DNA of 64,000 bases, taken from Balanoglossus misakiensis (lineage: Eukaryota; Animalia; Hemichordata). The notes under the pieces were generated by a model. It saw only the letters and a list, made by a program, of their open reading frames with translations. It had not been told where the DNA came from and did not search any database. Numbering within the stretch: the stretch's first letter is position 1; every line of letters begins with the position of its first letter. The position numbers and the translations under genes were made by a program. Shown here one piece after another: positions 54,409 through 64,000 of the stretch. Where the stretch lies: positions 8,266,425 to 8,330,424 of the forward strand of contig CM082582.2 in assembly GCA_040954595.2 (NCBI GenBank), written 5' to 3'.

Positions 54409-57400
54409 CACATCACTTTGATCATCCATAAATAGATGGAACACTCTATCACTGTCATTTCTTCATGCCCAGCAGCCAACATGTTTCTACATGTCAACAT
54501 AATGGCACGTTTTTGACCATTTCAATTTGCAGGCCTTTCAAACATGAAAGCGTACAAATCACAATGCAGCAATACAGCAAAAGCTACTCTACTCGGCAAG
54601 TTTTTCTGTGGCTTGCAATTAAAACTCTGGCAATGCTATTTTCATAGAAATAACAGTACCCATTTTTTTTAATGACCGGAGTGTTATTGTTGAAGGTACG
54701 CACAAAAAGAATGCATCGCACAATATTTTCACTGTCAATCTAAAAAGCTTTTCAATATGTTTCTTTAGGGGGTCACACTGTACCACTATGAAACAGCCTG
54801 ACAACATCCTGGATTGATGTTATTTTTCTCCCTAAAGCGACAAACAAGGAACTGTCCAAAAATGTATGTCGTCATTTTGCCAGTGAATAAAATAGTTAAA
54901 AATACAATCTGTCGTGTTTCACAGTACGACGGTCTCTAGTAACCGTGACTGTACACTTTTGACGACAGGAAATAATCCACTTTACAGAGATGTCTCTCCC
55001 TATAGGTCAAAAACAGAAATTGTCTCTATGAGCAATGGTTCAAGGTAAATTGTAGGCAATTTATTGGATTTTTAAAAGCAACCACATTTGTTAGAAGGCA
55101 CACCACCCTGACTATAAGGCTTCAGTTCCACGGCACACTCCCTCAGACTACCAGCAGTTTCTGTCCGGAGATCAAATGACAGGTTTCTAAACACGGATGC
55201 TGGGAACGACTGGTCTTTCAACACAAGCCAAACTCTCCACACAAGGACAATACATGCATAATTCCTGTAACCATTTTTAATTTGCGAAAAGAAGAATAAG
55301 CAGGGGCTACACATTGTACTGGATGCAAACGGGTCTGGCAATTGCCTGTAGTACAAATATCATGTGGCATATAAGTACACACCCTCACCACTATTTATAA
55401 AGCACAGATTGAAATGTGAGGGTACTTTTCGAGTCTCCAAACACCCCTCAGATATTCTTCTTTGAAAAAAATGTGGGTACCTTAACATATATATCCACAA
55501 TGCAATGTTTTGAATTTCCACACAAAAACATTTTTCATCTCTCAGATAAAAACCGCCCTTGGAAATTGTAATCGTTTGTCCCGTGGAAATATTTATGGTT
55601 CTTCTCTTTACTTTTTTCTCTCTTTAATATGAAAGAATAAAGCCAGATAACCAGCATGTTGGGTAGCTTCTTTTTTTATCAGATAAGTTATGACCGATGT
55701 AACACAATAGCGGACAAAAAGTACCTGGTATTTTTACTAATAAACACACTGAAATAAGTCAAAAGTTATTGCTACTGACACTTTAATATTATCTTGACTG
55801 CAGATATTTAATTTTGTCTCAGGTGAGGAAATATGCAAATTTGTCATTAATATGCGCATAAAAAATCATTTGTGACACATCATGACCTACTTGCAATGAC
55901 TCAATAAATGCGCAAATGCTTCATTAAACACAGATATCACGACCATCAATCCATCTGAGGACTTACATCTTAATGTGATTATGGTCCATTTCCGTGTTAC
56001 ATTATATTTGGCAATTAACCCTGACTTTCTGCTGTCATCATTCATTACGCAAAACTCCCTGACCGTTCAAGCCCAACCAAGCCACCAGGATCACCTTCCA
56101 GCCAGATGGTGCACAAGATATGGTGAACATTACTCAAATAATTATCTGTATATGGCACGGTTATGGATACAATGATATGATAGATGGGTTGGCTGACAGA
56201 CATATGTATCTGATGACCGAATGTATCTGGTGATGTTTCTTCAGGAAAATAAACATCAACAATAAACAGTTTTGATGTTTGTTTCCAAATACAACTGCTT
56301 TCTCACGGGTCCTGTCCACAACAAGTTCTGAACAACAAGTTCCACCAACAGTCTGTGTCTGAATTTATTCCGACACCCACACCATCCAAAAGTGATGGTA
56401 CCATACCATATTACCATACAGCAGCAGGGGGGAAATATGGTGAGAAGTCGGTGCCCTTGGAAATGCAGGTTTTCTGGTGGTATAGGGAAGGGGTACATTG
56501 TACACTCACTATACTACCCACACAAAAACAACCAGCAAATCTTCACAGCTCATCCTGGGAATTTCGCTGAAAAAGGCCGGCCATTTTAAATGCTGAACAC
56601 ATGCATGTATGTCACACTAGCAGTCTCATTGTTCAATTTATTGCACCCCACTCCCCTCACAAAAGTGGAAAATGTATCATGGTCATTTCATTGTAGAACC
56701 CACCCTCAACAGTTGGAGATATGTGTATTAATAAACTCTTCTGGTGGGGGTCTTACAAAGGTCACTAATTAACATAAATTTATTCGTCACAACCACAGTT
56801 AAAGGAGATATGCTATTATATTGATGCTGACATGAAAACTGTACCTTGTCAGAATACATATTCAGTAAACGAGTCTCTTGCCTAATTTTCACTAATATAA
56901 GTGTACCCCCTCTGAGGGGTCTTGTAATTGAATGTGTACAACAAGTCAATCACATAGTCCATGGGGGTCCTATAATCAAGAAGGTACTATAATTGGAAAA
57001 TATAATACACACAACTAGCCTAGTATGAGCGTGTACTTCATTATAAAACAAAGGATATGAGCAATTCTGCCGGCTCGTTCAGTAATACAGACGTCACAAA
57101 TTGCAAGTCCATCAACCTTACTATCAGTATCATATTGGCAAACACGGAGAAGTTGTTATAACTTGTCCTCAGGCTGTAAAGGCTTTTTATGTTATTCATA
57201 AAACGATTCACAGTATATTTATTGGGCATTATTACAATACCAAGGACAAAAATGCAGATATTTAAAGTAGGTTTCACTCAGATGAAAATTTTGGGTTCAT
57301 GTTGTGCTAATTTCGAAACTGCAAAATTTTACCCACAATGCAATGTTCAGTTCTGGATTCGACCTTCACAATAGACCAAATATGACAAACTGACAATGGA

Positions 57401-57674
57401 AAACATTCACAAGTCACAGTTTCTGTGAGATTGTATGGGATAACAGCACAGGGAAAACATAACAGTAAGTGGACTACTGCCCTCTAGCAGTAGTCCAACA
57501 ACCAAAAGTATTTCAAGTCGCACCACAAGATGGCGCCTTTCAAAAACTTTGATGAGGAGATCATTAGGGGACGCGGTTATACGGTTATTACTTGATAATA
57601 GTTGCCATCACACATGAACAAAATGATCTGATCTTTACCGAACTACTCGGAAAACCCTGACATTTGGAATATTC

Positions 57675-57886
57675 TTAAGACAAACCCGGACGGAAGCACG
57701 GAGCCAGGAGAGGCTGAAGAACGGGAGCTGGAAGTAAAAGCCGGCAACCAAGACTGCTTCCGGTGGTTTTGTCTTGATATCTTGCGGCAGGATAAGAAGG
57801 ACTTCTGCCAGGAAATGACGGACGTGCAGAATCACGACAATCACACACACCGTCCGTGCTCACACCGTCACGGCCACTCATAAAAC
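57675..57886 (-). CDS. Candidate alternative terminal exon (GFMSGRDGVSTDGVCDCRD...CFRPGLS*)
   Basis: cctgcag|GT acceptor, phase 1, in frame with the exon at 58375-58561. Open for 69 codons to TAA; GC/CpG-rich like true exons. AATAAA on the minus strand at 57218-57223. The pyrimidine tract is weak. Confidence 0.35.
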
Positions 57887-58374
57887 CTGCAGGTGCTATA
57901 TACTCCGCCAGAAATCAAAATCACGTCTCAAAACACGCGCCTGTAGCACACTAGCATTGGGTGCCTTGGAAACACACAGAACACGGGGGTAAATAAAATT
58001 TTGTCAGCGTAGCAGGAAATTGTGGAAATAATCGCAAACATTTAAAAGGTATATGATTACATATCGCCATATATAGCTGAAATGGTGTATTTGAGTGTTC
58101 TAAAGAACGTATGGTGGCGCTCTTTATTTCGCGTGTGCCAACCACTGAAAATTCTGTGATTAGCTAGATCTCAATTTGCCATGGTAGCTATATTTGCATA
58201 GGTGACCATATACCTTTAAAGACATGCATAAGGGGGGGAGACAACCGCAAATCACGCAGGGAAGGGTCACATCGACATCAACAGCTAATAAGAATGACAT
58301 TCAGTTGATCCGGCAAAGGAAATTACATTGCACTCCGAGACAGACAAGAAGAACTGCGGGGAATGTAATCTGAC

Positions 58375-58561
58375 CTGATTGCGTGGACGCGTTGCCGACA
58401 CTCGGGGAAGAGGACACAGCTGAACTGCTGCGACTCTGACTGCTGTGAACAGAATTCCAGTCGCCGTCTCCTCCGCCGTTCACCTCTTCGTCGCTCTCGA
58501 TCAGTATCACCTGGTTGCGACCGCCGCTTCCTTTCTTCTCGGTTTCATCACTCTCGCTTTT
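58375..58561 (-). CDS. GSE1: Upstream internal exon of the long GSE1/Plexus isoform (KSESDETEKK...QVILIESDEE...NASTQS-G)
   Basis: Acceptor tgatttttcag|AAA and donor CAG|gtcaga; 187 nt, phase 0->1, compatible with the acceptor at 30932. Exon-like GC and codon composition. It has no start codon, so more exons must lie to the right. Its link to GSE1 is inferred. Confidence 0.68.
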
Positions 58562-58739
58562 CTGAAAAATCAGAGACAGACGCAAGAAATAAGTCAAATT
58601 ATTCTACATGTAAATCACAAAGCTTTGCAAATTTTAACTACTAAATATATAATATTTAAAACTATATGTAAATACTTCTTATTCCAGAATAAATTTGACA
58701 TTCAACCATACAACTTTGCTCTCTCTACCTGATTTGGGT

Positions 58740-58776
58740 AACGATTTGTACGATTGGTCCAATCGTACAAATCGTT
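58740..58776. repeat. 37-bp palindrome (18-bp arms, 1-nt spacer)
   Basis: aacgatttgtacgattgg-t-ccaatcgtacaaatcgtt; the arms are exact reverse complements. Confidence 0.95.
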
Positions 58777-59951
58777 GGCCAACTTGCAAATTTGAATTGA
58801 CCAATCACTGGTTTACTTTCATGTTCTCATACATGTAAAGGATCATTAAAATATGAATGGACCAATCATGGGTTAGCTCTCATATTCATGTGGCCTGAAT
58901 CAACAGGTGGTTCCCTCCTCAACTTGCATTCAGCAAGTAGGAAGGCCTGTGCACCCAAATAAACGTGTTTTGTTTCAACAAACACGATCTAAACAAACTC
59001 TAATTAATATCCCTTTACATTATTCTAACCTCTTGTATGTGTGTACATGTACTACACGTTGTTGAAACATGAACCACTCACACACTCAACTGTCTCTCAC
59101 AAGAAATAATTATGACAGAATGGATGAGTCGCTGTTTCCACTGTACGCATACACTACACCGCATTTTAATAGCCCTCAACAAAGCAAAATTCATCTCCTC
59201 TTTATTTCCAACAGGCCATGACAGCTATTTTTATGATTGCCGTAATTGACAATACGGATGCAAAACTGGTGTTTGATTAAGGCTATAAAAGAGGAAATTG
59301 ATATTCATTAAAAAATGAGCGAGAAGTCAAGGACGATGGATTCTTTGAGGGATCGGTGACTTCACTTCAGATAGCAACCACCAATTTCTCTTGCGGTAAT
59401 TAAATGATAATCTGACGAAATCATTTTGGAAATATCGTTCCCCACTGGGAAAATTAACTGGAAATTTTCACTTAATTGAGTGCATGAATTATAAAGGGGC
59501 AATTTTCCACATTTAATATTTTATGAAATATTTTATGAGTATGTGCAGGAGTTCTCATGTTTTTGAGAATTAGGTAATGATATGATGCAGATTTAATTCC
59601 AAAAAGTAATCACAGAAGCTATTAAACCCATGATTTGATTGTTTAAATGCTCACATCACTAAGGTAACCTTGCCCCACGTGTTATATAATATTGAGAAGC
59701 AGAGTGCATCTTCGCGCAGCAGTTGGATTGGCAACCACAGGAAATTTCTCTCAGAGGGCAATACTGTCACCAGAAGGGGAAAAAAATGAGAATCATGGCT
59801 GATTAGAGATAATATCTCGCCTGAGTCATGACAAAGGGCAAAGGATGATTGTGAGAACAACCTGCGCGGAATGCACTGAATAGGACTGCAAGTAAATAGC
59901 AAAGGTGAATCACTCGGCATTTTGCAGCAGTAATGAAAGTCAGCATCTCAC

Positions 59952-60016
59952 CTGAGGTTGTTCAACCTCAGAGAGACTTTTGCCTTCAATATTTATGTGA
60001 GTGACATTCATACCGT
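59952..60016 (-). CDS. Possible small internal exon (D-GMNVTHINIEGKSLSEVEQPQ)
   Basis: gttgcag|AC acceptor and CAG|gtgaga donor; 65 nt, open frame, ending in phase 0 as the exon at 58561 requires. No homology support. Confidence 0.3.
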
Positions 60017-63000
60017 CTGCAACATGACACGATAGTCTTGCACGTCTGCAGAGATGATTTTTCTGCTCGATCACTGCAAGATCGCACAAGACTTGGTTAA
60101 TTACTGTAGCAACAGGTTGCTAGCCAAGTAACGTGAGTCAAGCATTGTATGGAACTAAGATAATGAAATTTTGAAATTATTTCGGATCCACACAAAAAAG
60201 AATCACCTTTGAAATTCTGTTTTAACACTATAAACCAATCAACAAAGAAGAGTGTATTTTGGAAACAGGCAATCTGAGATGCTTATTGAGTGTCAGTAAT
60301 CGCCGAACACAGCAGAAGCACTCTTAATTTGATCCACTGCCGTATGTATTACAGGGAAACGTTGATAGCCTGATGTTACAGGGCTCAGACAACGGATACT
60401 ACAGGAAATTGACTGTGACAGTCATTGAATCTCACAAAACACATGTCAGTCTTTGAAGGTGAATTTCCTGCAAAAATTAACCAAATGGAGCACATTCTTC
60501 AAGATGAAAGAATCAAAGGTACGAAGCAAACTATGCAATACATATGCAAATATCTCATAAAAATATTTATGCAAATAAGCCATGGGTTGGTGACGTAGAG
60601 TGAGGTCATAGGTCACGCTACGATCTATCAACGGAAATAATGCAAAATGAATACATAAGGGTTCATGACTTGAATATGCTAATAATCCCCTTACGGAAAT
60701 TGATTTATACAGGTAGCCTGCTAAAAATGTCCAAATATACCACCATCATATCCACAAATAGGAAAAAAATATTTTTTCAATATTGCTATTTTCAGGGATA
60801 TTTTTAATGAAGTGATGCCTTTAAAATGAAAATGAAATTATCAACACCAATTAGCCTTTCCTTAAACTTCACACTTTAATCTGCAGGATTAATTTGGCAG
60901 AGGGATTTTATTCCACTAAGTAGGCCAACATACTCTGCGACTCGAACCTCAACCTCAGCCAGCAATTAATTTCATCTTCTGAAGGTCTTTAAATTCGAGA
61001 AGGACGTCGGCTCATTACAGCACTTTTCTCCAGAGCAAATTTAGAAGGACACCAGATCATTCATCTTCTCAAGCTCACAAACAACAGGCACATTAATGTT
61101 CCCAAGATCACTACAGACAGCCGCCCCCAGAACACTAATTGACCGCTGCAACGACACACACGATGGAGAAACAGAGAAATTGATGTGGCTGTCAGCATCC
61201 ATGATTGACAATCCGATTGGTGACCTACATTAGGGTCAAGGTCAGGCAGTGACATTAAGGTGCCACCTTTGCTGCGCTACGACATTAGTGCACTCTGCCC
61301 CATCCCGGTTCGTCTCCACATCAACTGTCAGCATATTGGATGATGCATGAAATATCCCTATTGGCTGAAATATTTTTTAAAGCTTCCCTTCAGGCATACA
61401 TCTACCTGTTCATTTGATACAGCTGTTAAAACGACTGAAAAAAGGTCCAGTCACTTGGTAATGATCAGTGGCAATCAAATTTCTCAAGCACAAGACAATT
61501 TCCTGGTATTAATGCATGTTACGGTTCCTTCTATTATAAGATTGCACTGCATACTTGTGAAAGTACTCATAAAATACACCAATTTCACAAGAAAAAAATT
61601 ATTCTCTAAGTTTTCCAGCAGTCCCACATTAAAATGAACTGACATACGGGAATATGCCTCTATCATACTGTACCAGTGCCTATAACCTTCAATCTACTGA
61701 GAGCGCACAGCCCATCAATCATTCTCGCGTAGGAAAATTGTTGCTCATAAAAATGCCAAACACTAACATGTTTTGTAAACACGTGAGTTTCATTGGGACG
61801 ATCATCATATTCAGTGACCTGGAACACATTAAGCCACCTGTGCTAATAAACGGAGACTCTCTGCCCACACACTGCCATCCATCAATGTGTATTACTTGAG
61901 GATATAACAGGCTTTCCTGATTTGCTTAAATGAGGTCCTTGTCCTCAAAGTCAATGATATTAAACATTCGACAATACGTGCTCCATCTCCTGGTTAGCGA
62001 AATCACTTCTGATTGGTTGGCTCCGGTCTGGATTGTGACACGCGGGTGCCAACCAACCAATTCGCAGCTGTCTTCCAGAAAACGGCAAGATGCACAGAAA
62101 TGCTTCTGCGATGGTGTTCTTTTGTGAGGATAGAGACTGACTCTTGAGAATACACAAACTAATCAGCAGATTGGATGTAAAGGATATTATTGCAAAGAGT
62201 AATAAAAAAAGTACGCCACTTTTTAACATTCATGATACGATTAAACTGAAGGATATTTTTTTGCTTATCCGTTGTTAATGACCTTTTCTTTTTATAATAT
62301 TACATACATGTACTTTCAAAATTATTTATATCTGCCCAACATCGTTGCATATTACACAATTTTACTTTTCAGCTGTAAAAAATCAACACTGACATGCTCG
62401 TAAATAATTCAGAAGTGCATGGCCACATTGCTCTAAACCCATCAATCAGCCCGTACGTGATAAGAATGAAAGTACATATCAGATGCTCTAGCGCATGTAT
62501 GTCAATGACACTTAACCCATTTTCCCAACATCGTGATCTGAGCGTACATATTGTTTGCGACAGCGTCCCATGCACGGAAAGATGACTGGATGATTTCACT
62601 TGTGCACGTTCCGCTTCCAAGGGCCGCGCATTTGACGGGATATATTGGCTTCATCATGACGATCCTGCTACTACAAGACGGTGTGACATTTCCGATGATA
62701 AAATTTCAGCACTTGTTAAAGTGAGCAGTAAACATCGGCCTGGCAGTTGGCAGGGGAGGGGGAGGGAGGTTACAAATCACCAGGGATTCTTCTGCCGTTG
62801 GTTTTATAATGGCTCATAAAATATCATTGAATTGAACGCTCTGAATGCACAGTTGGCTGTCTATGGTGCAGTGCGTACTGGCTGCAAATTGATTCGTTCA
62901 TATTGATTTCCGTGGGGGGTCAATTGACTTCCCAGAAAAATGGAGCAGTGGGGTCAAATCAATTAAGAGCCCCCATCTTGGCAAAAAAAGAACATCCATC

Positions 63001-64000
63001 TTTTAAATAATAGTTTCACCTGTGATTTCATTTAATCGACTTAATTGGAATATTACATGTGCTCAACAAAGCGACATTATTTGGCATGCTGACTCCACTT
63101 TATGACCTCGACCCCTCCACCTCCCCCTCCCACCCCCCTCACTAGCTTATTAATAAATACATTAATGTAAATTCACTCTCTCTCACTGACCCCACAAATG
63201 CAATTTTTTTAAAAATATGATTAAACTTTAATAACTTGCTAATTGAATTTTAACTCAAGGTGGGGTCAATTATAGACTGAGCACCCCTATTGGAGAATGG
63301 CACGACATGTGAAGTGACTGAAATTTTGTGAGTAGACAGGCTGAAATTATTTTTTCCAACTCTGATTATGAAATTTTCAAATTTGTTGGGAATACTTCAC
63401 ATTGACTGGAATTGAGGTGTACTATGAACAGAGATTTAATACTTTTTATTTCATACATAAATAAGTTGTTTTTAGTGTCAGTGACTCATTGCAAAGTCAC
63501 CCTGTCCTTTCTAACTACAATTTGAACATACGAAAGTAGAATGTTCATGCCCACATAAAACCTCATGAATTTTGTTTTTTATGATAGCATGGAGCCAGAG
63601 ACAAAATTCAGTGCTTTAGCCTCGATTAAAGTAATTATGTAAGACAGCAAGCCCGACCTTGGAATAGAAAAGAATGACCATTAAAGAGCTTTCAGGAAAC
63701 TATCACACCTGCTTAATTTTATAGCAGGATTGACTTTTATCCAAAGTTGCTATATTGGGATGGTCATTAGTGAGCTGGGTAGTACACTATTAATATTAGC
63801 ATATCTCACAGCTATATTAACAAATACAATATTTCACTTTGGCTTTGAATTTTCTTTCATTTGATATTAATCTGAATCTTTTTTTTCTGACAAACTGTAT
63901 GCAATAGAAGTACCAGATATGATGCCTTTATGAGTCTAGTTATGGCTACACTATGGGTCTTAACATTGGATTAAAAATCAAGTATTGTAACCTGATAGCC

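Noticed and set aside
31000-57400. Numerous 60-150 aa ORFs in the large intron (nested gene or transposase/RT)
   Set aside because: None has a recognisable domain, exon-like composition or a consistent splice chain.

Overview
Eukaryotic (invertebrate animal) genomic DNA, not prokaryotic. Bases 1-9917 are a very homogeneous tandem satellite of about 112 copies of an 88-bp, A/T-tract- and dyad-rich monomer. The window probably starts at a contig end inside it. The array ends abruptly, followed by a degenerate ~345-bp MITE-like element and a small motif cluster. The rest of the window is one large minus-strand gene, a GSE1 (KIAA0182)/Plexus-family coiled-coil co-repressor. I assembled 15 phase-consistent GT-AG exons (30932->12082, 3800 nt, about 1266 aa) carrying the family's signature motifs. 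A further phase-compatible exon lies at 58375-58561 across a ~27-kb intron, and the gene continues beyond the right edge. The big intron holds candidate alternative first exons and a candidate alternative last exon, plus MITEs, palindromes and microsatellites. No CRISPR, rRNA, tRNA or autonomous transposon is supported. I see no clearly new biological system. The best leads are the modular isoform architecture of GSE1/Plexus, an internal ~2.3-2.5-kb duplication in the satellite, and a possible boundary element between the satellite and the gene. Family comparisons are from memory, not from a search.
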